From Ostreococcus lucimarinus (taxonomy: Eukaryota): DNA of 64,000 nucleotides. Positions within the stretch are counted from its first letter, which is position 1. The number at the start of each line of letters is the position of its first letter. The stretch lies in assembly GCA_000092065.1 (NCBI GenBank), contig CP000591.1. One strand, given 5' to 3'. The translations under genes and the position numbers were made by a program. The notes below the pieces were generated by a model. That model saw nothing but the letters and a program-made list of their open reading frames with translations, had not been told where the DNA came from and ran no database searches. Positions 1 through 10,284 of the stretch are shown piece after piece.

Positions 1-1082
1 CGGCGGTCGGGGAGAACCGGGACGAAGTGATGCTCGCACCAGGAACAACGACCGTCGGCGGAGACGAGGACGACTTGAGACGTGCGAGTGCCGCAGTTGG
101 GAAGGCCGGGGAGCTCGCCGGGACGGACGAAGGAGCGCTCGCTTTCGCACGCCTCGATTTGCTCGACGACGAATTCTTCGTCCTCTTCGTCGTCTTCGTC
201 GACGTCGATGTCGATGGAGGCGTCGACGTCGTCGTCGCAGTCCACGTGGCTTTCGCGTCGCCGCCCGCCGGCGACGAAGGATTGCTGGTGTCGCCAGAGC
301 TCTCGCGCCGCCGCGGACGGCGCGGGAGCGTCTCTGTCGCTCGATGAGTACGACAGCCGCTCCGCCGCGTCTATCGCCAGCGGTCGTGCATCCAGAGGAG
401 CATGTAAGACATCGCGAAGCACTTGTTCCTCTAACGCGCGCGTGGGAAGCGCGTCGGCTGAGTACCGCGAATACGCTCGCAAAATCTCCTCGAGCTTCGC
501 CTTCCCGCGCACAACCTTTGGCCACGGCGCGTCCAACACATCGTTCGCCAATCCATACACCCTACCAGCGCGTAACTCCATCGGCGTTTCCGCGTTCGCC
601 GACCCGCGATTTCCGACGTAGTGCGCCGTTCCGCGAGACGCGTCGCCGACGACGAGATTAAATCCGTCAAACCGCATGCGTTTCGCGAACACCTCCATCG
701 CGTACTTTCCCGAATCGATCTCCGGCGACTTTAAATAGTCCGTCACCAACATCCCTCTCGTGACGTACGCACTCACCGTCTTCTTCGGCGACTTGGTCGT
801 CCCGCCGTTCGTCGTCGTCGTCGTCGTCGTCGTCGTCCCGTTCGCGGCGTTCGTCACCAGTCCCCATCGTCCCGTCTTTCGACACATCGCGAACCACGTC
901 CCACCGCCCAGCTCGTCCCGCGCGCCGAAGATTTCGTACGCCTCGTCGTCGCGCTCGCTCGGCCACGCCGCGCACGCCTTGGTCGGTCGCGCGTAATCTT
1001 CGTCGCGATTGAATGCGACGAGGAGTTTTATCGGCGCATTCGCCGACGTCGTGCGCACGAGGGCGATGAACGCGACGCACAT
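1..1082 (-). CDS. TANGO2: TANGO2 (DUF833) family protein; 3' end truncated by window start
   Basis: Hand translation of the minus frame the ORF track omits (it stays open to position 1). It reads MCVAFIALVRTTSANAPIKLLVAFNRDEDYARP...GGGTWFAM...KYAMEVFAKRMRFDGFNLVVGD...HYVGNRG...YGLANDVLDAPWPKV...GTRTSQVVLVSADG. These match TANGO2 hallmarks: Cys2, NRDE, GTW, YxGFNL, YxGNRG, YGLSN..PW, and a C-terminal GTRT..LVDADG. ATG at 1082-1080. The last ~20 codons lie outside the window. Confidence 0.8.
   Translation of the reverse strand, partial: MCVAFIALVRTTSANAPIKLLVAFNRDEDYARPTKACAAWPSERDDEAYEIFGARDELGGGTWFAMCRKTGRWGLVTNAANGTTTTTTTTTNGGTTKSPKKTVSAYVTRGMLVTDYLKSPEIDSGKYAMEVFAKRMRFDGFNLVVGDASRGTAHYVGNRGSANAETPMELRAGRVYGLANDVLDAPWPKVVRGKAKLEEILRAYSRYSADALPTRALEEQVLRDVLHAPLDARPLAIDAAERLSYSSSDRDAPAPSAAARELWRHQQSFVAGGRRRESHVDCDDDVDASIDIDVDEDDEEDEEFVVEQIEACESERSFVRPGELPGLPNCGTRTSQVVLVSADGRCSWCEHHFVPVLPDR
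811..837. repeat. (GTC)9 trinucleotide repeat inside TANGO2 CDS, encoding a poly-Thr run on the minus strand
   Basis: A perfect gtcgtcgtc... run is directly visible. It translates to TTTTTTTTT within the TANGO2 frame. Confidence 0.9.
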
Positions 1083-1336
1083 GCGCGCGAGGACGCGAAC
1101 GTTCGCGCGTCACCGCTCGCGTCGCGTCTCGGTGGCGGCGCGCGCGCGCGTGTGAAGCGGCGGACGATGGCGATCCCATCGGTAGTATCCACGTCAGCCG
1201 AAGATGAAAGATATTTTCCGACGCGCGGCCGGCGAGTTCGCGAGTTCGCGAGTTCGCTCGACGCGACGCGGCGGCGCGAGTGGATCGGGCGCGGCGAAAA
1301 TAGAGACTGCATCGTCGACGACGTGGATATTAAACG

Positions 1337-2779
1337 TTAGACGTCGAATTGACGCTCGAGGACGTCGCGGTTGAGTTCTAGGATGACTTTGGCTAAGGCC
1401 TCGTCCTCTCGCAGGGCGAGACGGGCGGCTTCGACCGGGTCGCCGGATTCCCACGCGAAATCGGGCGTGGGAGCGTTGATGGAGTAGGAAGAACTGTCGT
1501 CGATCTCGACCGCCGCGAGTTTGGTCGTGGCTTTCCAGTTTTCGAACGCCACGAGGGCGTCGAGGGCGTCGCGGCGGTAGCCGCTGTGATAGAGCAAAAC
1601 GCCCATATCGCGTTGCTCGTATCCGACGTTTTCATCGAGCTCGGCGAGTCTTTCGGTGACTAACAGGGCCATTTGAAGGTCCCCAAAAGGTCTACCGGTG
1701 GGCTGGATGATTCCCACCACTCCCGCGGCGGTGTTCATGCGATCATCCTTGCCGTACGCCGCGGCTTCGACGGCGAGAAGGAATCCCGAGTCTCGCGAAT
1801 CGTCCCATTCCCACGGCCAAAATGCGCGCTTAAGCGCCATGAGCTGCATGCGAACGACCATGTCTGGCGTGCAAACCACCGATCCATCGGGCGCGGCGTC
1901 GCTGGCTTTGATTCCCTGCGGTCGGCGCGGCGTTGGGTCCGCCCCGCGTCGCACGCGAAGCAACACCTTGATGTCTCCGCACGCGTCGAGTTCGCCTTTG
2001 GCTTTCAACCTCTCCAAAAATCCGATGTAAATCGCCGCCAAGGTGGCGGGAATACCAACCTTTTGCGCTATAACGTTATGAAAATAAGTCCTGTACGGCG
2101 AAAACGCCTCCCTCCACCCAGTCGGTGTGCGATATTGCTGCTCCTCGAACAGGTATCGCTCGACGGCTTCAATCATCTTGTCCGCGTCCGCCTTATCTTC
2201 CGCGCTCATGTACGACAAATCTCTCTGCACGAACTCATTCACGAGCTTATCCATGCGCTTCGTATACGCCTCCCTCGGCAGACACACGCTCGTGCGGCCT
2301 TGCACCGCGTCATCCTCCACCGCCAGGTGCATCGACGCCGTCACCGCGTCGCCCTTCGCGCCGCGTCGATACTCCTCCACCAACCCCATCCTCGCCTCCC
2401 TCGCGAACGGTTCCCACGTCTCTTTCGGCGATTGCGGTTTTCCAAACGCATACTGCCTCCCCGCGCTCTTCGCCAGCGTCTCCGCTTCCTTCTCCGCGTA
2501 GTTCTTCGCGATCGACTCCGCGTCCCCCGTGCGTCGTCCCGTGCGTCCCAGAAACGTCCGCCCCTCCTCCTCCCCGTCCTCGCTCGTCGCGCCGTCCGTT
2601 CGCGCGTTCGCGCGTCCCCGTCGTCGTCTGAACCCCCCCTCGCGCTCGAATCGCGCCGCGCGCGCCGTCGCGCCGCGCCCGCGCGCGCGCGTCGCCGTCG
2701 TCGTCGTCGTGGATAGCGCGCGCCGCCCTCGTCCTCTCGTCGCCGTCGTCGCCGTCGTCGCGGTCGTCGTCGTCGTCAT
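1337..2779 (-). CDS. conserved hypothetical protein (480 aa); tentatively a transglutaminase-like/TPR (UPF0162-like) fold
   Basis: Long ORF with an ATG at 2779. Poly-Thr/Arg N-terminus, then a globular region (YRTPTGW, NVIAQKVGIPATLAAIYIGFLERL). I could not assign the family from memory. Confidence 0.5.
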   Translation of the reverse strand: MTTTTTATTATTATRGRGRRALSTTTTTATRARGRGATARAARFEREGGFRRRRGRANARTDGATSEDGEEEGRTFLGRTGRRTGDAESIAKNYAEKEAETLAKSAGRQYAFGKPQSPKETWEPFAREARMGLVEEYRRGAKGDAVTASMHLAVEDDAVQGRTSVCLPREAYTKRMDKLVNEFVQRDLSYMSAEDKADADKMIEAVERYLFEEQQYRTPTGWREAFSPYRTYFHNVIAQKVGIPATLAAIYIGFLERLKAKGELDACGDIKVLLRVRRGADPTPRRPQGIKASDAAPDGSVVCTPDMVVRMQLMALKRAFWPWEWDDSRDSGFLLAVEAAAYGKDDRMNTAAGVVGIIQPTGRPFGDLQMALLVTERLAELDENVGYEQRDMGVLLYHSGYRRDALDALVAFENWKATTKLAAVEIDDSSSYSINAPTPDFAWESGDPVEAARLALREDEALAKVILELNRDVLERQFDV

Positions 2780-2960
2780 GACGGCGCGCGCGCGTCGAGC
2801 CCGATCGGTCGACGCGTCGAGCGCGTCGTCGCGTCGTCGACGCGTCTCGCGCGTCGCCCGGTGCGGCGCGCGTCGCCCGGTGCGCCGCGCGGCCGAAGCG
2901 CCGCGACCGACCGTCGTCGTCGCGCGTCGTTCGTGTGGCGTTCAGTGAGGACGCATGTAT

Positions 2961-2998
2961 GGGGTTTATCTGTTATTCTGGGGTTTATCTGTTATTCT
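2961..2998. repeat. perfect 19-bp tandem duplication (ggggtttatctgttattct x2) in an AT-rich divergent promoter/5'UTR
   Basis: Read directly from the sequence. It lies between the ATG of the minus-strand gene (2779) and the 5-phosphatase ATG (3134). Confidence 0.9.
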
Positions 2999-3133
2999 GT
3001 GGCTTCAATACGGGATTTTCTAAGGTGTACGGGCGTGTGTGCGCGTTCCGTGTGTACGCTCGTAACACTCGACGCGCGCGCGACGGACAATTCGACGGAC
3101 GTCCGCACACGGCGCGCGCGCTCGACGACGCCG

Positions 3134-5488
3134 ATGCGCGACGACGGCGCGAGAGACGACGACGACGACGACGACGACGCGACGGCGCGCGCGGACGACG
3201 CGGTGACGGCGACGACGACGACGCCGTCGCGAGAATCGTCGAGCGATGGACGAACGACGGCGAACGTCGAGGGGGGGCGCGCGACGAGCGAGGGCGCGAC
3301 GGCGCGAGCGCTGATGCTGGCGTCGACGAATAGCTTTCGCGCGCCGCGAGCGGGGACGAAGGCGGCGCTGGAGGTGCACGTGTCGACGTGGAACGTGGGG
3401 AATAAGGCGCCGCGAGCGGATGCGGCGAGCGGGTGGTTGAGGGACGCGCGGAGGAGCGATATCGTCGCCGTCGGGGCGCAGGAGGCGAGTTACGTGAAGA
3501 CGAGAAAGACGATAAAACCCGTCGCGGTGAGCGCGGCGTGCGGGGACGAGGCGAATTTCAAATCAAGATTTCGGAAGGGATTTTTCAAATCGACGAAGTG
3601 GACGCGAGTGGGCATGGTCGCGGGCGGCGCGTTCGCGGGAGGGGTCATGGCCGCGCCCGTGGCGCCGATGGGAGTGATGTGCGGTATGTTCACGGGCTGG
3701 TTCGCGAGCAAGAGGCTGGTGCAAGAGATCAAGGTGCGCATACATTGGTTTGATTTCTTGCACTCGGCGTTGGGCCACGAATTCGAGCTCTTGCAGACGC
3801 AAATATTACTGCAAATGCGGCTGGCGGTGTTTGTGAAGAAAGAGCTCGTCCCGAGAATTCGCAGCGTCAAGGTTGGCTCGAAAGCCACCGGGCTCGGAAA
3901 TCTGGTCGGGAACAAGGGCGGGTTGTTGGTGCACATTGAACTCGAAAACGGGGAAACCATCGCCTTCTTGTCGTGTCATCTCGCCGCGCACGAACAACCA
4001 AAGTATTTGGAAGCGCGCAACCACATGGTGCATGAGATCTTAGAAGGGACCTGGATAGATTGCGTGGAAAAGCCCAAGTGCGCGTTGCCCGTGGTAACCG
4101 ACGTGAACTCGGCGTTGTTTGACGCCGGATCAGAAATGATAAACAAGATGAAGGGGACGTCGAGACAGGTGTATGAAAGGACTTCGGACGCGTTCCAGGG
4201 CGCCACGGGGGCCAGACTCGCAATTGGTTCCGGTATGGCTCCGCGAAAGAATCAAGCACCTGAGTTATTGGACGTCGCCACCCACGTCTTCTTCTTTGGG
4301 GATCTCAACTACCGCCTCGATCCCGGGAAAGTCGTCGGGAACGAGTGGGATACTCACTGGGATAAGACGGCGCCGGAAATGACGTCTACAAAATTAGCGA
4401 ACAAATACGACGTCGATAAAGTTCCCCTGAGCAAGTTCCCCGCGGCGAGGCCGGTGGCGCAACCCGGCATGATTGAAGAAGAAAGCGACGACGAAATCAC
4501 CGAGTCGTCGCCATTCCAGATCGGGCGCACGGCCGTAATCGAGTCCGTGGGCGCTCAGGAATTCGATCAATTGGTCAAGGCAGACCAGTTGATCAAATCC
4601 ATGAAGGAAGGAAAGGTGTTTGCAAACTTTCATGAAATGCCCCTCAAGTTTTTCCCGACATTTAAGCGCGCGTCGAACAACTTGAAGGATGGGAAAGGCA
4701 AGAAAGCACCCGCGCAAGAACAATCTGTCGCGGAGCCGGGTTCGGCAGAATATTACAATGAAAAGCGCGTGCCTTCCTGGTGTGATCGCGTGCTTGTACA
4801 CTCGTTAACTGGCGCCAAAGACTCTTGCTCGCCTCTCGAGTACGGGGCGCGTCACGACGTCACGACGTCAGATCACGCACCGGTTTACGCGCGCTTTCGC
4901 GTGCGTCTCCGCGATCTTCCTCCATTGAAAGCACTTCCACGAGCCAAGTTGACGCTCACGAATTTGAGCGTCACTCGTAACACCATCGAGGACGATTTCC
5001 GGGGTTCGAGCGTTTACGTGCACTTGTTCGTTCCGCACACGCGCACAGTCGTTCCAGAGGCTAGAGAAGTGAGCTCGGGGCACGTCGCTCGAGACGAATC
5101 GCAGCCAAAAACGATTGGGAAGTATACTTTCTCTGGGGATGTTCTTCCCTCCTGCATCGTCGGTTACGACGCCGCCGACGAAGTCACCTTTGCTGAGCAA
5201 GAAAAGGCGGCGGCGCGCTTCGCGCTGCTCACCACGGAGGAACGAATCGCGTTGAAGGAAAACGAAGATGCCGAAAAGTCTGAAGAATTACCCACTCCCG
5301 TTGGCATGGACGCGTACGGTAAGTTTGTGGGCATTATCACTCTCGTCGACAGTCGATACGGCGACAAACTAGGAACGTGCACGGTGCTCCTCCCCTCCAA
5401 GGGCTCATCCTCGTTCGACGTCCCCCTCCTGTTGCGTTCTGCAAACGTCGGCCGAATCAAGGGATCGTGGGAGCTCTCTAGTATTTAA
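3134..5488 (+). CDS. inositol polyphosphate 5-phosphatase (endonuclease/exonuclease/phosphatase fold)
   Basis: Motifs STWNVGNK, DIVAVGAQE, FFFGDLNYRLD and PSWCDRVLV (5-phosphatase catalytic signatures). The first ATG in frame is at 3134. The track ORF began upstream at a non-ATG codon. Confidence 0.8.
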   Translation: MRDDGARDDDDDDDDATARADDAVTATTTTPSRESSSDGRTTANVEGGRATSEGATARALMLASTNSFRAPRAGTKAALEVHVSTWNVGNKAPRADAASGWLRDARRSDIVAVGAQEASYVKTRKTIKPVAVSAACGDEANFKSRFRKGFFKSTKWTRVGMVAGGAFAGGVMAAPVAPMGVMCGMFTGWFASKRLVQEIKVRIHWFDFLHSALGHEFELLQTQILLQMRLAVFVKKELVPRIRSVKVGSKATGLGNLVGNKGGLLVHIELENGETIAFLSCHLAAHEQPKYLEARNHMVHEILEGTWIDCVEKPKCALPVVTDVNSALFDAGSEMINKMKGTSRQVYERTSDAFQGATGARLAIGSGMAPRKNQAPELLDVATHVFFFGDLNYRLDPGKVVGNEWDTHWDKTAPEMTSTKLANKYDVDKVPLSKFPAARPVAQPGMIEEESDDEITESSPFQIGRTAVIESVGAQEFDQLVKADQLIKSMKEGKVFANFHEMPLKFFPTFKRASNNLKDGKGKKAPAQEQSVAEPGSAEYYNEKRVPSWCDRVLVHSLTGAKDSCSPLEYGARHDVTTSDHAPVYARFRVRLRDLPPLKALPRAKLTLTNLSVTRNTIEDDFRGSSVYVHLFVPHTRTVVPEAREVSSGHVARDESQPKTIGKYTFSGDVLPSCIVGYDAADEVTFAEQEKAAARFALLTTEERIALKENEDAEKSEELPTPVGMDAYGKFVGIITLVDSRYGDKLGTCTVLLPSKGSSSFDVPLLLRSANVGRIKGSWELSSI

Positions 5489-5593
5489 TCGCGCACGTAC
5501 ATCGTCGTTTTAAGTAATAACAATATACTCGCAACCTCCGCAGCCGTCGCCCGCAACCTCACCGCGCGACGCGCATCGCGCGGTCGAATCGCG

Positions 5594-6451
5594 ATGCCGC
5601 TTCGCGCGCACGAAGAAATCACCGCCGGCTTTCTCGCGGGGTGCGCGGACGCCCTGGCGTGCCACCCCGTGGACGTGGTGAAGACGCAAGCGCACGTCAA
5701 CAGGGGTGCAAATGTCCCATTCACGCAAGCTTTAGTCGCCCAGGCGCGCGCGCACGGCCTCCCGTCGCTGTATCGCGGTGTCTTACCCGCATGCTTACGA
5801 CCTCAGGCGCTGTGCATGTACGTCGGGTACGAATGGAGCAAGAAAGCGGTGTGCGAGGACGCGAAGAAGATGACCACCAGAGAGGCATTCGTCGCGGGCT
5901 GGTTGACGGCATACGTGGAATCGGCGTGCGTGACCCCGTTCGAGACGGTCAAGGTGCGAATGCAAACGAAAGAAAACATGTCGAGGTATGCGTCGTCTTT
6001 GGGGTGCGCGCGAGAGATCGCGCGAACGGAGGGAATGAAAGGATTGTACGCGGGATTTTGGCCGACGTGTTTACGAAACAACGTGTTCAATTCATTTTAT
6101 TTCGGGACGATTCATTACTGTAAGGACGAGTATTTGTCCGCGCCAGATTCGTTGGTAGAGCAAGCAGCGCAAAACGTCGGCGTCGGCATCATCGCTGGGC
6201 TCGTCGCGACGGTGTTTAAGATGCCTTTTGATATATTAAAATCGCGAATGCAAGGACAAGTGCCAAACGCGAGCGGGGCGCTGGAATATCCAACAATGAT
6301 GGAAGCCGCTGTGCGTATATTTCGCAACGAAGGCGTGGGAGCGTTTTATAAAGGCACAGGCGTGACCGCAGCGAGGATAACGCTAGGCTTTCCCGTTTCA
6401 TTCGTAGCCTTCGAAGCCGTAGCTTCGATGTTTGAAAACGAAATCCGATGA
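5594..6451 (+). CDS. mitochondrial carrier family protein (SLC25)
   Basis: Three tandem repeats of about 100 aa. Signatures PVDVVKTQ, PFETVKVRMQ and PFDILKSRMQ. ATG at 5594. Confidence 0.85.
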   Translation: MPLRAHEEITAGFLAGCADALACHPVDVVKTQAHVNRGANVPFTQALVAQARAHGLPSLYRGVLPACLRPQALCMYVGYEWSKKAVCEDAKKMTTREAFVAGWLTAYVESACVTPFETVKVRMQTKENMSRYASSLGCAREIARTEGMKGLYAGFWPTCLRNNVFNSFYFGTIHYCKDEYLSAPDSLVEQAAQNVGVGIIAGLVATVFKMPFDILKSRMQGQVPNASGALEYPTMMEAAVRIFRNEGVGAFYKGTGVTAARITLGFPVSFVAFEAVASMFENEIR

Positions 6452-6543
6452 TTTGATTTGTCAATGATGGATTTATTAGAAATTTAGTCTTCAAGTCATA
6501 GCTCTAGATCTAGCGAGTGACGAATAACAGCTGTAGTGAGAAC

Positions 6544-8163
6544 TTAAGGCGTCAAGCGTTTCGGATCACGCGGAAACATGGAGGTCTTGCGAATGTTGGG
6601 CAAGTTGAGGAACAGCATGGCGACGCGTTCGAGACCGACGCCGCAACCACCGTGCGGCATGGCGCCGTATTTGAACGAATCAATGTACGGTTGAATCGTG
6701 GGAAGCTCGATACCACACGCCTCGGCGCGTTCAGCGAGGAGCTTAGGATCATGAATACGCTGCGCCCCAGAGATGATCTCTTGACCGCGAATGAAGATAT
6801 CAAAAGAGTTGGTGTAGTTCGGATCGTCAGGCGCCGGCATTGTGTAAAACGGTCGGGCGTTGAGGGGATACCGCGTGAGCATGTAGAAGTCCGTGCCGTA
6901 CTTCTCCTTCACCAATCTCCCGAGCACGCGTTCGGTTTCGGTGCCGATGTCGCCGAGCGGATCGACTTCTTCACCCGCCTCCTGGAGCATCTTGACCCCT
7001 TCCTCAAACGTCAATCTCAAAGACGGCCGGCAGTATTGCAGCGGCTCGAACGGGTGCTGCTCGTTCACCACACCGATTTCTCTCTTAAATCGCTCGTTCA
7101 AGCCGTCGAACATGCTCACGAACAACTCATCGAGGACATCCAACACTTCGTCGTAGTGCTCCTTGATGGTCATTTCCATGTCCAACCCGGTGAACTCGCA
7201 CAAGTGTCGGTGCGTGTTCGAGTCTTCGGCGCGGAACACCGGTCCAATCTCAAACACACCCTCCAAATCACCCATGATGGCCATTTGCTTGTATAATTGC
7301 GGAGACTGCGCCAAGCACGCCGGGCCGACTTGCATGTAATCGAGCTTGAAGACGGCGGCGCCGCCTTCGGACGCCCCCGCGATGAGCTTGGGCGTGTGAA
7401 TCTCGGTAAAGTTTCTTCGCAACAGCGCCTCGCGGAACAGCGTCCCGACCCCGGACTGAATCTTAAAAATCGCATTATTCGCCGGCGTGCGCAGATCCAT
7501 CACGCGATTGTTCAATCGCGTGTCCTGCAACACTCGAACGAATTGCGTATCCTCCGCCTCGAACGCGCTATCCGGTCTCGACGCGTCTTCAATCAAAAAC
7601 GGCAGCTCCGGATCCGATCTCGAGATGCAGTGAATTTCCCGACACACGACTTCGACCTCTTTCTGCGTGCACGACTCGATCGGGACCTCGGGATGGACGA
7701 CCAACCCTTTAACGTCCACCACGCTTTCCCGCGCGAGCGCGCTCGCCCACTTCACCATCCCTTTACTCACGTTGACGTCATCCACGAACAGCGTCACCTG
7801 CACCGTCGCCGTCTGTTGTCTCAGCACGATGAACGCGCTCTTCCCCTTCCCTCGCACGTTGTGCACGCGTCCTCGCAGCAGCACCTCTCGATCCTTCAGC
7901 GTTTCGTTCAGCGCGTCCACCCGCGTCCACGCGCGTCCCGTGATTTCCTTCGATTGCACCATCTCCGCGTCACCGTACCGGTGCGCCAGCGCGTCCGGCG
8001 CCGCTTGCAGCGCCGCCATCTTCGCCTCGAGCGCCGCCGCGCGCTCAGCCTTCGATCGCGCCTTCTCGGCCGCCGCCGCCGCCTTTTTCAGCGCCTTCTT
8101 CGACGGGCCTCGGTCGTCGCCCGCCGGCGGCGGCGCGCTCGCGCTCGCGTCGGCGTCGCTCAT
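6544..8163 (-). CDS. DARS: aspartate--tRNA ligase, cytosolic type (class IIb)
   Basis: FREALLRRNFTEIHTPKLI, FRAEDSNTHRHLCEFTGLD, GGCGVGLERVAMLFL, and C-terminal FPRDPKRLTP. ATG at 8163. Confidence 0.9.
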   Translation of the reverse strand: MSDADASASAPPPAGDDRGPSKKALKKAAAAAEKARSKAERAAALEAKMAALQAAPDALAHRYGDAEMVQSKEITGRAWTRVDALNETLKDREVLLRGRVHNVRGKGKSAFIVLRQQTATVQVTLFVDDVNVSKGMVKWASALARESVVDVKGLVVHPEVPIESCTQKEVEVVCREIHCISRSDPELPFLIEDASRPDSAFEAEDTQFVRVLQDTRLNNRVMDLRTPANNAIFKIQSGVGTLFREALLRRNFTEIHTPKLIAGASEGGAAVFKLDYMQVGPACLAQSPQLYKQMAIMGDLEGVFEIGPVFRAEDSNTHRHLCEFTGLDMEMTIKEHYDEVLDVLDELFVSMFDGLNERFKREIGVVNEQHPFEPLQYCRPSLRLTFEEGVKMLQEAGEEVDPLGDIGTETERVLGRLVKEKYGTDFYMLTRYPLNARPFYTMPAPDDPNYTNSFDIFIRGQEIISGAQRIHDPKLLAERAEACGIELPTIQPYIDSFKYGAMPHGGCGVGLERVAMLFLNLPNIRKTSMFPRDPKRLTP

Positions 8164-8409
8164 CGGAGGCTCGCGTTTCGGCGCTCGCGATGCCGCGCTC
8201 GCGTTTCGCGACGCGTTCGGCCGAGGGCGCGCGCGCGTGTGCGGGACGCGCGGCGATCGAGACCGAAAGGCGGACTCGGGGGTGGATGCCCTATCCGCGC
8301 GGGACGCGCGGGACGAGGCGCGGAGCGAGGGCGAGGGACGAGGGACGAGGGCGTCTCGATGTCTCGATGTCTCGAGCGCTGTCGCGAGGAACGATGGTGG
8401 TAATACATA

Positions 8410-9927
8410 TTAAGCGCTAGGAGGGGCGAAGACGGCGCACGCGGCGCGAATGACGTCGCATCGAAACGGACCGTACGGGAACGCGGCGGCGGCGGCGGCG
8501 CGAAACCGCCGCGAGGCGAGGACTTCGCCGTCGACGGCGATGTAACCGCCGCCGCCGGGAGCGGTGGCGTTGGTCTCCGAGGATGCGTCGACGATGGCGG
8601 CGGCGGTGGCGGCGGCGGCGGCGGCGGCGGCGGGGTAGATTTCGAAGGATTTGGCTTTGATGTAACGGACGGCGCGATTGCGCGCGTGGTCGCCGGCGTC
8701 GAAATCGAGCAAAAGTTTGAGCATGTTCTTGCGATTGGTGACGTTCACCAGGACGACGTCGATGGAACCGTCGTCAAACTTCGCGTGAGGAGCCGCTAAG
8801 GTGGACTCGGTGCCCCAAGGCACGTTGAGCGCCCAGAGACCGAGGACGTCGCCGGCGACGCGGCGCCATCCCGGTCGACCCGGCACCGGTTCGCCGTGCG
8901 GCCCGTCGCAGTGTTGGGCGTTGTACGCCTCGCCCTCTTCGGTGGTTTCGTATAAAAGTTCGCACTGGTACTTTCTTCTGGCTAATATCCGCACGATGGC
9001 CTGCAGCGTGAATCGCGCGCCTCCTAGAAATCTAAACCGCTCGCTCTCGATGTCGACGTCGGAGAAAAATCCCCACGAAGTCGACAGCAGCGAGTGCGTG
9101 ACTTTCGAGTCATCCCCCCAACCCGATGCGGTTTTAGAATCTTGAAACCGCACTTCCGATCGATCGAGCGCGCGCGTGCGCCACCGCGCGATCGTCAGCG
9201 CGCAACTCACCGGATCGCACGGTTCGCCGCCGGCGTGCTGAATCGACTTGCACAGCGCGTTCCCCGAACCCGCCGGCACGATTCCGATCGGCATCTTCGC
9301 GTAAATCTCCTCTCGATCCTCGCGTTCGCTCAGCCCTTGAAACAGCTCCGCCACGGTCCCGTCCCCCCCCACGGCGACGACGCCGTCGTACAGACTCGCG
9401 TCGAGCTCTCGCGCGATGTTCGTCGCCTCTCCTCGCGCCTTCGTCGTCCGCGTCGCGCACTCGATGTTCGCCGCCTCCAACACCGCGCGCGCCTTCGTCT
9501 CCCATATCTTCGTCCCCTCGCCTCGTCCGCTTCGCGGATTCACGATCACCAGCACCCGCCGCCGTCTCTCCCTCGCCGTCCCGCTCGCGTCCGCGTCGTC
9601 GAGCCCGCACGCCTCCGCGCACCGCGTCCTCGCCTCGTTCGCCACCGCCGCCGTCGCGCACGCCGTCTCGTGCGTCTTCAACCGTCGCGCGCTTCTCTTG
9701 CGCGTCGATATTCCCGGGAATCCGCGTCGCCGCGCGATCGCCGTCACCGCGAGCGTCCGCGCGTCGTCGTCTTCATCTCGATGATGCCGATGCCGACGAC
9801 GTCGACGCCGAACCTCGACGCGCACGACGTCCTCGACGCGCACGACGCGCGTCCCGTCGCCCAAAACCAACGTCGCGCGCCCGCGCCCGGTCGTCGCGAC
9901 GCGCGCGACCGCGTCGACGGTCGCCAT
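8410..9927 (-). CDS. SPHK: sphingosine (long-chain base) kinase, DAGK catalytic domain
   Basis: VLVIVNPRSGRGEG, VVAVGGDGTVAELFQGL and GIVPAGSGNALCKSI. The first ATG in frame is at 9927; the track start at 9948 is a GTG. Confidence 0.8.
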   Translation of the reverse strand: MATVDAVARVATTGRGRATLVLGDGTRVVRVEDVVRVEVRRRRRRHRHHRDEDDDARTLAVTAIARRRGFPGISTRKRSARRLKTHETACATAAVANEARTRCAEACGLDDADASGTARERRRRVLVIVNPRSGRGEGTKIWETKARAVLEAANIECATRTTKARGEATNIARELDASLYDGVVAVGGDGTVAELFQGLSEREDREEIYAKMPIGIVPAGSGNALCKSIQHAGGEPCDPVSCALTIARWRTRALDRSEVRFQDSKTASGWGDDSKVTHSLLSTSWGFFSDVDIESERFRFLGGARFTLQAIVRILARRKYQCELLYETTEEGEAYNAQHCDGPHGEPVPGRPGWRRVAGDVLGLWALNVPWGTESTLAAPHAKFDDGSIDVVLVNVTNRKNMLKLLLDFDAGDHARNRAVRYIKAKSFEIYPAAAAAAAATAAAIVDASSETNATAPGGGGYIAVDGEVLASRRFRAAAAAAFPYGPFRCDVIRAACAVFAPPSA

Positions 9928-10284
9928 CGACGATCCCGCGGCGCGCACTCCGGCGCGCGGCGTCGCGCGCCGTGACTCCCGTCTTTCGCACGTATTATAC
10001 GAAAGAATCGTACGTACTGACGTACCACTTTAACCGATCGAAAAGGACCACGAAACGCGCGCGACGAAAAAGCGCGCGCGCGTGCAAAGAGATTTTTCGA
10101 CGTCGCGCGTTCGGCGATCCGACCGACCGCGCGTGTGCGATCGAACGGGACTGTTTGCGCATAGGACGACGAAGCACGAATCCCGACGACGGCGCGCGCG
10201 CGTCGGCGTCGCGACGCTTTTTCGCGACGCGCCGGGATCGAATCGCATCGAATCGACGCGACGCGACGCGAAGCGCGAGACGCG

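Noticed and set aside
667-1179. Track ORF (170 aa, minus) and other R/D-rich ORFs overlapping 1-1300
   Set aside because: They are low-complexity, with no recognisable motifs. The third minus frame, which is absent from the track, encodes a clear TANGO2 homologue.
1673-2716. 347-aa plus-strand ORF antisense to the 480-aa gene
   Set aside because: It is an Arg/Leu/Pro-rich antisense frame, typical of high-GC sequence. Similar cases are 7297..8403, 9094..9975, 13602..14807, 35059..36039, 36625..37893, 46029..46949, 48864..49625 and 49607..50551. All overlap motif-bearing genes in another frame or strand.
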